Origin: Candidatus Spongiisociaceae bacterium
GTDB lineage: Bacteria; Actinomycetota; Acidimicrobiia; Spongiisociales; Spongiisociaceae
Direction of reading: 5' to 3'
NCBI GenBank assembly: GCA_965243165.1
Contig: OZ251535.1
Coordinates: 1,602,246-1,666,245, forward strand
DNA length: 64,000 nt
The notes under the pieces were generated by a model. It worked only from the letters and a program-made list of their open reading frames with translations, was not told where the DNA came from and made no database searches. Of this stretch, positions 51,051 through 61,140 are shown piece by piece; positions within the stretch are counted from its first letter, which is position 1, and every line of letters begins with the position of its first letter. Position numbers and translations under genes: made by a program.

Positions 51051-51701
51051 GCGGCCGGCATCGCTTTCACCACCCGGCACATCTGGCTCAGTTCCGTCTC
51101 CGGTGTTCATCAACATTTCGAGGCGGTGCAGGAGTGGATTCATAACGATCAGGTCAATGTCATCTATGGTTCCGTCTCTTCCGGCTGGAATTTCAGCACG
51201 GATGCGGTCTAGTATGGTTGCTTTCTTGGCGGGAGTGTCGACCGAATCGTCGAGCACGAAGTTCACCGTGAATTGTCCTGTGGCTATATCGAAGGTAGAT
51301 CCAGTTTCTATTACGCTTTCGTTGTTCCATACGATATCATGAACGATGGTGAGTCGTTCTTTGAGTTGTGCTTCGGTGTAGCCGCGGTCCTCGATGATTT
51401 GTATGTCGCGGGGAAACGCCAGAATTGTTTCTACGGCGCCGGCGGGGGCTTCTCCAGCGAAGGCGATCCAAACCGTCTGGTCGTCTTCGATCCGAGCTCC
51501 TGCAAAATCTTCTGGATATTCTTCCCGGATATCGTTGACCATCGTAGACAGTGATCCCTTTGTAAGGGTGGCAGCGGCGGCCAGAGCATCGGATACGAGT
51601 GTACTGGCCCATGCGTTGCCGGCGGTCAACGCTGCAAGTAGGAAAACCGCCAGCATTCCCAGCAACCGCCATGTCTGTGAGCTTCGCCTCCGGGTACTCA
51701 T
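50568..51701 (-). CDS. Pro-region-like domain fused to an RDD membrane domain (cassette B, gene 4). Shorter pro-like domain than its paralogs
   Basis: Signal peptide MSTRRRSSQTWRLLGMLAVFLLAALTAGNAWA. Pro-like segment (…ILAFPRDIQIIEDRGYTEAQL…). RDD C terminus. Start overlaps the upstream gene stop. Confidence 0.75.
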   Translation of the reverse strand: MSTRRRSSQTWRLLGMLAVFLLAALTAGNAWASTLVSDALAAAATLTKGSLSTMVNDIREEYPEDFAGARIEDDQTVWIAFAGEAPAGAVETILAFPRDIQIIEDRGYTEAQLKERLTIVHDIVWNNESVIETGSTFDIATGQFTVNFVLDDSVDTPAKKATILDRIRAEIPAGRDGTIDDIDLIVMNPLLHRLEMLMNTGDGTEPDVPGGESDAGRGVDPLVLLLLVYLAAAGLFLAPFLLYETLATAALGRTIGKRLTRIQTIRTPGGQTPRWTRTTARWAALHLPLLIPLAGIPIFLLTAASPLFDPQRRGWHDKITRTAVTPDPQPSRNTTRPPAAAGRRLAARLIDWTICTASGLALTILTLWLLGFEGHLY

Positions 51702-52576
51702 CGGCCGCCTCCTGTTTGCCGATTGTTCGTCCGAGGGCGGCGGCTGCCAGGGTTTCGTAGGAGGAAGAGCGTCAGGAGCAGGCTGGCGGCGGCTAAGCAG
51801 ACGAGGAGTAACAGCACCAGGGGGTCAACGCCGCGGCCGACTTCGCTTTCACCATCCGGCATACCTAGCTCGGGTCCGCCTTCGATGCGATCGACAACCT
51901 TCAGGTCGATGTCATCTATGGTTCCGTCTCTTCCCGCCGGTATTTCAGCGCGGATGCGGTTTAGTATGGTTGCTTTCTTGGCGGGGGTATCGATTGAATC
52001 ATGCAGTACGATAGTAACTTGGATCTGTCCGGTAGTGATGGAGTAAGTCGATATGTAATCTATCACCTCTTCGTAGCTGGACGCGATTCCGGAAACAATC
52101 CCGTGGCGTTTGTTGAGGGTTGCTTCGGTGAATCCCCGGTTTTCGATGATTCGGATGGGGTGTGGGAAGGCTCGGATGGCTTCAACGGCCTCGGCGGGCG
52201 CTGTTCCGGTGAAGGATACAAAACCATTCACGTCGTTCCTGATCCAAGAGCCTGTAAAGTCTTCGGGATATTTTTCCCTGATTTCGTTGACTAAATAGGA
52301 GAACGCGTCTTGCCAGGCGTACCTCTCAATGGATTCTTCGAGCGAGATGCCTTCCTGTTCTGCTATCAATTCCAGGTCTTGGCAAAGGTATCCAGAGATT
52401 ATTCCGGCGGCCAGCTGTTCAACTGGGTCGGCCTTTGTCAGGGTAGTATTGGTGTCTGGAGTGTCGGATACGGTTGTACAGGTCCATGCGTTGCCGGCGG
52501 TCGGCGCTGCGAGCAGGGAAACCGTCAGTATTCCCAGCAACCGCCATGCCAATGAACTGCGGGCTCGGGTTTTCAT
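51698..52576 (-). CDS. Pro-region-like secreted protein, a C-terminally truncated paralog of the pro-region-RDD fusions (cassette B, gene 3); likely a degenerate copy
   Basis: The N-terminal 230 aa are ~75% identical to 40455..41702. The TM region ends in the out-of-frame tail ...RNPGSRRPRTNNRQTGGGR. The alternative frame at 51712-51760 still encodes AAALGRTIGK (RDD motif), so a frameshift plus deletion is inferred. Confidence 0.6.
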   Translation of the reverse strand: MKTRARSSLAWRLLGILTVSLLAAPTAGNAWTCTTVSDTPDTNTTLTKADPVEQLAAGIISGYLCQDLELIAEQEGISLEESIERYAWQDAFSYLVNEIREKYPEDFTGSWIRNDVNGFVSFTGTAPAEAVEAIRAFPHPIRIIENRGFTEATLNKRHGIVSGIASSYEEVIDYISTYSITTGQIQVTIVLHDSIDTPAKKATILNRIRAEIPAGRDGTIDDIDLKVVDRIEGGPELGMPDGESEVGRGVDPLVLLLLVCLAAASLLLTLFLLRNPGSRRPRTNNRQTGGGR

Positions 52577-53730
52577 GAGCTGCCCCTCGACTGTTGGCGG
52601 CCTTGAAGCCCTTCGGAGGTTGGAACGACGATGGTGCCTGCGGCTTTGTCGTGCCATCCGCGCCGTTGGGGGTCGAAGAGGGGGGAGGCGGCTGTCAGAA
52701 GGAAGACCAGTATTCCGATGATGGGTAGTGCGAGGAGGGGAAGGTAGAGCACCATCCATCTTATGCTGGCTTTCTTCCATCCGGGAACTTGGCCGTTGTC
52801 GATGCATACTACTTGGGTCTTGGTGAGTATTTTTCCGATTGTTTCTCCTCGAAGAGCAGTCAGCGGCAACTCGTAGATAACTACCGAGATGAAGACAATG
52901 GTGAAGGAATTATGAATTCCAAATACAGCCAACCAGAAGTCGGATTCATATATCATCCGTCTTATACCCTCAATCTGATAAGAGATGCTCAATGGTTCTA
53001 TGGCAACCCTGCTATTGTATAGGTCTATGAAGGTTGATCCTTCGAGTTCTAGCAATCCAATTGACCATATCAGAAAGGTAACTCCAGCTATTGAATATAG
53101 CAGCCAGTCGATAGTTCGGGCCAGCAACCGTTTGTGTGCACCGGTTGGAAAGAGAAGTGATGTTCTTGATTCTTTGTCTTTACTTACTGGAGCGACGAGT
53201 GTGCCAGCGATTTTGTCGTGCCAGCCGTGTCGTTGAGAGTTGAACAGCGGTGATGCGGTTGTCAGGAGGAAAATCAGTATTCCGATTATTGGAATCAGAA
53301 GAGGAAGGTAGAGTATCGCCCATCTTATGCTGGATCTTGTCCATCCTGGAAAGTGGCCCTTATTGTTGTGGGTTACTTTGATTCCCATCAGTATCTTCCC
53401 GGCTGTTTGCCCTCTCGCGGCGATCAGCGGTAGTTCATATAGAAGAGATGGAAGTAGTAATAGTATTACACCGGCCAGATGTATAGCAAAGATAGATGTC
53501 CAGGGTTGGAGGTCAGGTATCGCATAGGTTTCGATCCATGTTACCGGAGGCGGCGGAGGGTCAGGTTCAACCTGATAAGTACTCCGTTTTGTTCCCGTCA
53601 AGAGTGCTATCCAATCTTGAGATGATAATAAAAGAGTTATGCCTGTAATAACATAGATCGTCCAATCGATGCACCGAGCTAATACGCGCCTCGTTGATTC
53701 AGATTGGTTGATCTTTATGATGCTTGCCAT
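52573..53730 (-). CDS. Tandem RDD-domain membrane protein (cassette B, gene 2), paralog of 41699..42844
   Basis: Start MASIIKINQSES, matching MASLIGINQSES in the paralog. Two RDD units (GQTAGKILMGIKV...RHGWHDKIAG and GETIGKILTKTQV...RRGWHDKAAG). Confidence 0.7.
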   Translation of the reverse strand: MASIIKINQSESTRRVLARCIDWTIYVITGITLLLSSQDWIALLTGTKRSTYQVEPDPPPPPVTWIETYAIPDLQPWTSIFAIHLAGVILLLLPSLLYELPLIAARGQTAGKILMGIKVTHNNKGHFPGWTRSSIRWAILYLPLLIPIIGILIFLLTTASPLFNSQRHGWHDKIAGTLVAPVSKDKESRTSLLFPTGAHKRLLARTIDWLLYSIAGVTFLIWSIGLLELEGSTFIDLYNSRVAIEPLSISYQIEGIRRMIYESDFWLAVFGIHNSFTIVFISVVIYELPLTALRGETIGKILTKTQVVCIDNGQVPGWKKASIRWMVLYLPLLALPIIGILVFLLTAASPLFDPQRRGWHDKAAGTIVVPTSEGLQGRQQSRGSS

Positions 53731-53779
53731 TTTCTTTTTGCCCTCCTCGTCTCCTGCTATTACCTTTATAGCCGATGGT

Positions 53780-55129
53780 TTATGAAGTAGCGACATCCCA
53801 ACCAGGAAAGGCGTCTTCAATATGATGGACCGGAGTAAAAAGGCTTCTCCTTTTACTGGCTGGACGCCCTATATCATTTTTGTAGCCAAAATGAATACCA
53901 TAGGCGGTGTCTCCCCGGAACCATGGACCCCCAGAATCTCCTCCTTGAGTTGTATGACTAAACATTGCTACTAGATGTTCTGCTATACCGGCATTAACAA
54001 CACCTCTGTAGACCCAATCTGATTTATAACCTGTGGACATTCCATAATTTAATAATACTTGACCTTCCACTGGGACTCCGGTTGACAAGATCGGCCGAGA
54101 GTGCCGCCCGCTGCTATTATAACGAATACTATTTGTCAGAGTGTGTCCTGAAGGTACGGAATGCCGTTGAAGGTCTCCCCATCGTCCTTCATGTTCGTCT
54201 TCAAAAGTCAATGTTATCCTAATATTGCCGTCCCTCAATGTCTGATTGTTGGAACAGTGGCCTGCAGTGGAGATATTCCTCTCCCCGTTTGAGTTCTCAA
54301 GAACAAACCCTGCTGTGCACCGGCTGAGATGTGTCCCGCCTCGTATGTCGGATTCAGCTCCGCCCGCTATGTCACTTACGACATTCAGAGTCACGTCGCT
54401 GGTTCCAACGTTGGCAACGCTTCCGATCGGGAGTTCGGCGCGTAGAAGATCCGACAGTGCTTTCTTCTGTGCGGGGGTGTCAGCCGAATCCTCGATTGCG
54501 ACGGTTACCTCCAACCGGCCGGTAGCGAGGTCGTAGGTCGAGACAGCGTCTTCGACCTTGTCGTTTGCCATCACGCTGTCATGAACGGCGGTGAGGCGCC
54601 GATTGAGGCCAGCTTCGGTGAAACCCCGGTTCTCGATGATTTGCACGGCGCGCGGGAAGGCGCGGATGGAGCTCGCAGCACCGGCGGGCGCCGTTCCGGA
54701 GAAGGCCACCCAGGCTGTCAGATCTTCTTCGATCCGGGCTCCGGCGAAATCATTCGGATAATCTTGGCGGATCTCGTTGACCAGATAGGCGAGGGGGCCT
54801 TGCCATGCGTACTTCTCAATCGCTTTGTCGAGTGAGATGCCTTCCTGTTCGGCCTGCCAGGTCAGCTGTTCGCGAAGGGCTTCGGAGATCTCTCCCGCCG
54901 CGAACCGGGCAACCGGGTCACTGGGGCTGCTCGGCGCCTCTTCGTTGCCTCCCCCTCCGCTGGCTGGTACACCGGCGCCGGGGCCGGGGGTTCCGAACCC
55001 GCCGTCGTCGGATCCGGGGGGTGAAGCGGCCTGAACGGCCAAGGGGAGGACCAGCGCCAGCGCCAGCAACAGCAGGATGCCCGCCCTCGCCTTCGTGCGC
55101 CTCCGAGCTCTGCGTCTGCGGATCATCAT
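53780..55129 (-). CDS. Secreted S1E (alpha-lytic/streptogrisin-like) serine protease with pro-region (cassette B, gene 1), paralog of 42889..44223
   Basis: Signal peptide. Pro-region ~90% identical to the cassette A protease. The mature domain has diverged (TAGHCSNN, GDSGGPWF). Confidence 0.85.
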   Translation of the reverse strand: MMIRRRRARRRTKARAGILLLLALALVLPLAVQAASPPGSDDGGFGTPGPGAGVPASGGGGNEEAPSSPSDPVARFAAGEISEALREQLTWQAEQEGISLDKAIEKYAWQGPLAYLVNEIRQDYPNDFAGARIEEDLTAWVAFSGTAPAGAASSIRAFPRAVQIIENRGFTEAGLNRRLTAVHDSVMANDKVEDAVSTYDLATGRLEVTVAIEDSADTPAQKKALSDLLRAELPIGSVANVGTSDVTLNVVSDIAGGAESDIRGGTHLSRCTAGFVLENSNGERNISTAGHCSNNQTLRDGNIRITLTFEDEHEGRWGDLQRHSVPSGHTLTNSIRYNSSGRHSRPILSTGVPVEGQVLLNYGMSTGYKSDWVYRGVVNAGIAEHLVAMFSHTTQGGDSGGPWFRGDTAYGIHFGYKNDIGRPASKRRSLFTPVHHIEDAFPGWDVATS

Positions 55130-55277
55130 GAGATTCCTCCTGTCATCCGGCTTCCTATTGCTTCTTCGAAGATATCACATCGAATAGGGTTCCGGAGGCT
55201 GAAACCGCCTATTTTGTAATTGTGTGCAATATGCAAAACCGGAAGATTGCATATTGTATACAATCTCAGCAAACCGG
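55130..55277 (-). promoter_or_regulatory. Promoter/operator region of cassette B, lying between the GntR gene and the protease gene
   Basis: Contains the same TGCAATATGCAA / TTGCATATTGTATACAA dyads as the cassette A leader. Low GC. Confidence 0.5.
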
Positions 55278-55976
55278 TCAGGCCATGGCGTTGTTTCGGC
55301 GCGCTGATATCAGTTGTTGTATTTCGGAAGAGACTGCCGTCAGGTGCTCGGCGATCCACTGCTCGGCCCGGTCGGAGTCCTTGGCTCGGATGGCTTCCGT
55401 CAGGACTTTGTACATCGAATGCCGGTGCGGGGCTGCGTCGACGCTCATCCAGTAGCGGCCCAGTCCGGTGCGGAGCCTGCCCACGATGGCGGCGGTCAGC
55501 GGGCAGTGGGCGGCGGTGTAGACGCGCTGGTAGAACCGGTCGGTGAGCTCCCGCCGCCGGGCGGGGTTATCCTCGCCGTCGATCTGCTTCGCCAGTTCGG
55601 TGAGCTCGTCCACGGCGGCGGGGGTGATCCGTTCGATCGCCAACCGCAGGGCGAAGGTCTCCAACAAGATGCGGAGCTGGTAGGTCTCCTCCAGCTCCTC
55701 GGGTTCGAGCATTCGGACCGTTGCCCCCCGGTGGGGGGCGTAATCCACCAGGCCTTCCGCGGCGAGGGTGTGGAGGGCGGCGGTCACCGGCACCCGCGAG
55801 GTGTTCAGCTCTTTGGCCAGGGCCGCTTGGCGCAGCCTTTGCCCCGGTTTCAGGACGCCGGTGATGATCGCCTCGCGCAGAGCGGCCGTTACGGCTTCTT
55901 CCACCGTGCTGTAACGCAGGTTGGCCCGGTGGGCTATCTCTGCGAGAGTTCCTTCTGCGGCCATCCGCCCGGCCAT
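55278..55976 (-). CDS. GntR-family transcriptional regulator (FadR/FCD subfamily)
   Basis: N-terminal wHTH (...GQRLRQAALAKELNTSRVPVTAALHTLAAEGLV). C-terminal all-helical FCD domain. Sits immediately upstream of the cassette B operator. Confidence 0.8.
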   Translation of the reverse strand: MAGRMAAEGTLAEIAHRANLRYSTVEEAVTAALREAIITGVLKPGQRLRQAALAKELNTSRVPVTAALHTLAAEGLVDYAPHRGATVRMLEPEELEETYQLRILLETFALRLAIERITPAAVDELTELAKQIDGEDNPARRRELTDRFYQRVYTAAHCPLTAAIVGRLRTGLGRYWMSVDAAPHRHSMYKVLTEAIRAKDSDRAEQWIAEHLTAVSSEIQQLISARRNNAMA

Positions 55977-56009
55977 ATCCCGCCCCGGCTGTGGGTGTCT
56001 CCGCCCAGG

Positions 56010-56981
56010 CTACCAGGGGTGTCCGGGGCCGGTCGGCGGAGGGGGCCGCCTTCGGGGGCCGAGGAACTCGGCGGCAACGTCTAGGAACAGGCGGGGGGTT
56101 TCCAGCATCGATATGTGCCCGGCCCCGGTGATGGGGGTGAAGGTCCAATCGGGGCGGATGCGGGCGACCGCCTCGGCGGCTTTGTGGGGAACCACGGAGT
56201 CCGCCGTTCCATGCATGAGTAGCGTGGGCGCCTCTATCTTCATCACCATTCGGTCGTATTTCCGGGGCGGGGTCATCAGGCCGAAGATGGAACGGAAGGC
56301 GGTGAACTGGGTCTTGGGCAGCCAGGGCATGCGGCAGCGCTCGTTGGACGAGGCGAGGTGCAGGCGCCGGGCCGCCGGGGAGATCGATCCGCCGCCGGTC
56401 AGCAGAGCCAGCGCATCGTCGATCCGCCGCTCGGGCACCCCGCTGCGGTACACCCAGGCGATCAGGACCCGGTTGAGGCCGGGGGTCATGTAGAGCAGGA
56501 GCGTCATGATCCAGACGGGGTGGAGGGAGCGTATGTCCCAGCAGGGGGCGGGCGGGTCGAGCAGCACCAGCCGCTCTATAAGCTCAGGCCGCCCGCCCGC
56601 CAGCAGCATGGCTGCCAGCGCCCCCATCGAGTTGCCGACGATCACCGCCGGGCGGTCGGTGCGGGCCTCGATGAACCCGGCCAGGAATTCGGCCTGGGCG
56701 TGGATCGAAGAGGAGCGCCCCGCCAGGGGGGAGCGCCCGAAGCCGGGCAGGTCGGGGGCGAGCACCCTCCCGAAGCGGGTCATCTCGGCCCCCACTTCCA
56801 TCCAGTTGATGCCCGCGCCCCCCAGCCCGTGCACCAGCAGCACCAGCCGCCCTTCCCCCCCGTAGTCGATGCCGTGGACCGGGCCGTCCAAGTCGACCGT
56901 GAAGCGCTTCAGGGCCGCCGCCTCCGCCGGGTGCGCCGCCGCCCCGCCGGCGGAGGAGGCTGCGGGGCCGCCGGATGACAT
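56010..56981 (-). CDS. Alpha/beta-fold hydrolase
   Basis: Motif HGLGG, a GNSMG nucleophile elbow and a C-terminal His (GAGH). Confidence 0.7.
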   Translation of the reverse strand: MSSGGPAASSAGGAAAHPAEAAALKRFTVDLDGPVHGIDYGGEGRLVLLVHGLGGAGINWMEVGAEMTRFGRVLAPDLPGFGRSPLAGRSSSIHAQAEFLAGFIEARTDRPAVIVGNSMGALAAMLLAGGRPELIERLVLLDPPAPCWDIRSLHPVWIMTLLLYMTPGLNRVLIAWVYRSGVPERRIDDALALLTGGGSISPAARRLHLASSNERCRMPWLPKTQFTAFRSIFGLMTPPRKYDRMVMKIEAPTLLMHGTADSVVPHKAAEAVARIRPDWTFTPITGAGHISMLETPRLFLDVAAEFLGPRRRPPPPTGPGHPW

Positions 56982-56987
56982 GGCGGT

Positions 56988-57953
<966 letters not shown>

Positions 57954-58075
57954 GACGGCGGTCTGCCCGTCCGGGGATGCGTCTCCGGATGCGGCGGCCG
58001 CTGCTGAGCCGGCGCCGGAGGCGGGGGAGTCGGAGAAGCCGAAGTTCTCGCCGGCGCTGGCCGTTCTCGCCGCCG

Positions 58076-59044
58076 TCACGGGGCGAACACCCCCTCCTCC
58101 ACGGAGGCCGGATCCGGCCAAGGGCTCGCCTCGGCGAACGCCGCCGCGTCGTCGGCGGCCTCCCGGCAGCGGCGGGCGGTTTCATCGAGGAAGGCCCGGT
58201 CCACCGTTCCGTCCTCAAGCAGCTTCCGTTCGTACCGGTCGATCGGGTCCCGCTTCCTCCACTTCTCCAGCAGCTCCTCCGGCACGTATTCGGCGCCGTC
58301 GTGGATGGCGTGGCCCAGCATCCGCATCGTCCTGGCCTCGATCAGAGAGGGTCCGCCGCCCGGCCTGGCCCGTTCCAGCGCCGCCGACGCCGCCCGGTAG
58401 ACGGCCTCCACGTCGTTGCCGTCCACCTCCTCGGCGGGAACACCGGCCGCCCGGCTGCGGCGGACGATGTTGCGTCCGGCCAGGTGCCGGTGGACGGGGG
58501 TGGAGTAGGCGTACTGGTTGTTCTCCACCACGATCACCAGGGGCGCCTGGTAGAGGGCCGCCATGTTCAGCACCTCGTGGAACAGCCCGGTGGCGGTCCC
58601 CCCGTCGCCCAGGTAGGCCATGGCGGCCCTCGGCCGGCCCCGGTAGGTGAAGGACATGGCCGCCCCCAGGGCGGTGGAGACCGACTGGGGGATGTGGCTG
58701 ATGAACCCCACGATGCCGAGGGAGAGGTCGCCGCATCCGTGCAGGTTGGCGTCCCTCCCGCCGGTCACGCCCCCGGCCCGCCCCAGCTGGTTGGCAAAGA
58801 TGCGGCGGGGGGTCATGCCCCGGATCAGGTAACAGCCGAGGTCGCGGTGGAGGGGGGCGGCCACGTCGTCGGGGGCGAGGGCGGCGCCGGTGCCCACACT
58901 GATCGCTTCGTGGCCCCGCTGGTTGAAGGTGCCGCCCACCCCCCGCCCCTGTTTCCAGAGGGCGGCCAGCCGGTCGTCCAAGGTGCGGGTGAGCCGCATC
59001 CAGTAATGAAGCTCGCGGCGCAGCTCGTCCGGCAGGGGTTCCAT
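58076..59044 (-). CDS. 2-oxoacid dehydrogenase E1 component alpha subunit (TPP-dependent)
   Basis: TPP-binding motif GDGGTATG...VENNQYA. Confidence 0.85.
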   Translation of the reverse strand: MEPLPDELRRELHYWMRLTRTLDDRLAALWKQGRGVGGTFNQRGHEAISVGTGAALAPDDVAAPLHRDLGCYLIRGMTPRRIFANQLGRAGGVTGGRDANLHGCGDLSLGIVGFISHIPQSVSTALGAAMSFTYRGRPRAAMAYLGDGGTATGLFHEVLNMAALYQAPLVIVVENNQYAYSTPVHRHLAGRNIVRRSRAAGVPAEEVDGNDVEAVYRAASAALERARPGGGPSLIEARTMRMLGHAIHDGAEYVPEELLEKWRKRDPIDRYERKLLEDGTVDRAFLDETARRCREAADDAAAFAEASPWPDPASVEEGVFAP

Positions 59045-59082
59045 GCCCCGATTCTACGCGCCGCTCCGGCGCCCGCCGGGGG

Positions 59083-61092
59083 TCAGGGGCCGCAGGCGGG
59101 GGGAACAGGGTCGTCGGACAGGGCGTCGAGCAGGGAAAGCGCCCCGGCCGCCTCTTCGCCGAAGGGGCGTCGGCCCTCCGCTGCGCCTTGCCGGCTTCGG
59201 CGGCCGGCCTGCCGGAGCGCGTTGGCGAACAGGTGCCGGGAAACGGCTTCGGGGGCGGTGATCCGGCCTTCGGCCAAGAGGCGGGCGCCCCGCTCCAGGC
59301 AGGCCTCCAGGAATTCTCGCTCTTGCTCTTCTGCTGCTTGCCCCTGCCCGGTGCGGAGGGCGGGCCGGGCGGCCAGCTCCTCGGCGGCCACCAGGTAGGC
59401 CTCCAGGTAGGGCCGGAGCACCCAGGGGGCGCAGTGGGGGCGGAGCCGCTCCAGCAGCCGATCCGCCGCCCCCTGCGCCAGCAGGTCCTCCCAGACGGGT
59501 TCCCTCCGTTTCATCTCCTGGTGGATTTCGTCGAAGAAGGCGCGGCGGGCGGGGAAGAAGAACTCGGATCCCAGCAGGTTCCTCAAATCAGACACCTGAT
59601 TCCAGAAGGCGAGCACGGGGCTGCGCGCCGGGGAGCCGTCCGCCGCTCCCGCCCCCGCGGCCGCGGCTAGCCCCGCCTCGGCGGCGGCGGGGGTTACGAA
59701 GAAGTGGATGATGGTGTTGCGGTAGTAGCCGGCGGCCAAGCGGCGGCCGGGCGGAATGCGGTAGGCCGGGGGCGCTCCTTCCTGCCCGGCGGCTTCGGGC
59801 GGGGCCTCGACCTCGACCACCCCGTGTTCCTCCAGTCCGCGCATGATCCGATCCAGGCCTTCGGGGTCTTCCAGGACGTCGAGCGGTTCGGTGGCGGGCA
59901 GGCCCCGCTCCTTGGCGCAGGCGGCCAGCCCGGACAAGGCGGCGGCCAGCTCGGGGCGGGTGAGCGGACGCCCGCCGGCCGCCAGCAGGGGCGCGGCGGC
60001 CAGGGCGGAGGGGGTCAGGGGGGTGATCCGGTTGATCCTGATGCACACCTCGGCGGCGGTCCGCTGGAGGGCGGTGCGCCTTTCTTCATCGGCGGGGCCG
60101 TCCGCCAGCGCCTCCCGGAGCGGCAGCGGCTCCCCGAAGCGGAGGTGGATGCTGCCGTTGGGCCTGCGGAGCGCCCGGATCGTTCCCACCAGCCAGGCGA
60201 AGGTCTCGGGTTGTTTGTCCAACCCCGCCTGCTCGGCGGTGTAGCAGTCCAGCTCGTGGACGTGGTCGTAGCTGATCGAGGTGGGGACCAGGCAGACGTC
60301 GGAGCGGCCGGAGGCTTCGAGGGCGTCGGCGGCGTAACCCAGCAGTCCGTAGCGGGGTGTGAGGAGCTTGCCGGTGCGGCTCCTGGTCCCTTCCATGTAC
60401 CACTCCAGGGAGGCGCCCCGCTCGATCAGATATTCGAAGTAGGAGCGGAGGACGAACTTGTAGAGGGGGTCGTCGCCGAAGGTGCGCCGGATGAAGAACA
60501 GCCCCGACCGGCGGGCGAGGGGGCCGATCGGGAAGAAACTCATGTTGACCCCCCCGGCTGTCTGGTGGTTGCGGTGGCCGTTCTCCCAGAGCACCCGCCG
60601 CAGCACCAGATGATCGAGGTTGGACTTGTGGGAGGGCAGGAAGACGAGGGGGCGGCCGTCCGCCGTGCGCTTCAGTTCTTCCAGCCGGCCGGGGTCGTAG
60701 CGGATCTGGTCGAACCCCCGGCGGTAGAGGATGCGCGTCGCGCAGGCCACTGCGTTCACGACCATCGGGGAGTGGGCTGCGGCGATCTCCTTCAGATAGC
60801 GGTCGGCCCGCCGGTTCACCTCGGCGGCGCCGGGGCTCGGATCGAGTTCTTCGGCCAGCCGGGCCAGGCCTTCCTGGAAGCCGGGGCGGCGCCGGACGTC
60901 CTCCCTGACGGGCCGGGGCGTCCTCCGCAGGGGGCCGCCGGATTCCCGCCGCCGGGCGGCCTTCCGCGCAGCCGGGGGCGGCTTGGCGTCCATCGGCGTC
61001 AGCGGACGCCCGCCGGAGGGCCGGGGTTGGGCGCGGGGCGGGGGGCGGACGCTCCGCCCCTTCCGGCCTGCGGCCGAAGACGATCCGAACAT
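59083..61092 (-). CDS. Glycerol-3-phosphate/lysophospholipid acyltransferase (PlsB-like GPAT family)
   Basis: HX4D acyltransferase motif (PSHKSNLDHL). Motifs FIRRTF and EGTRSRTGKLL. Start at MFGSSS (61092) is uncertain; MDAKPPP at 60993 is an alternative. Confidence 0.7.
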   Translation of the reverse strand: MFGSSSAAGRKGRSVRPPPRAQPRPSGGRPLTPMDAKPPPAARKAARRRESGGPLRRTPRPVREDVRRRPGFQEGLARLAEELDPSPGAAEVNRRADRYLKEIAAAHSPMVVNAVACATRILYRRGFDQIRYDPGRLEELKRTADGRPLVFLPSHKSNLDHLVLRRVLWENGHRNHQTAGGVNMSFFPIGPLARRSGLFFIRRTFGDDPLYKFVLRSYFEYLIERGASLEWYMEGTRSRTGKLLTPRYGLLGYAADALEASGRSDVCLVPTSISYDHVHELDCYTAEQAGLDKQPETFAWLVGTIRALRRPNGSIHLRFGEPLPLREALADGPADEERRTALQRTAAEVCIRINRITPLTPSALAAAPLLAAGGRPLTRPELAAALSGLAACAKERGLPATEPLDVLEDPEGLDRIMRGLEEHGVVEVEAPPEAAGQEGAPPAYRIPPGRRLAAGYYRNTIIHFFVTPAAAEAGLAAAAGAGAADGSPARSPVLAFWNQVSDLRNLLGSEFFFPARRAFFDEIHQEMKRREPVWEDLLAQGAADRLLERLRPHCAPWVLRPYLEAYLVAAEELAARPALRTGQGQAAEEQEREFLEACLERGARLLAEGRITAPEAVSRHLFANALRQAGRRSRQGAAEGRRPFGEEAAGALSLLDALSDDPVPPACGP

Positions 61093-61140
61093 GACCCTGT
61101 CACCGGGCCGCAATCCTAGATTGGCGGCTCCAAGGTTTAC

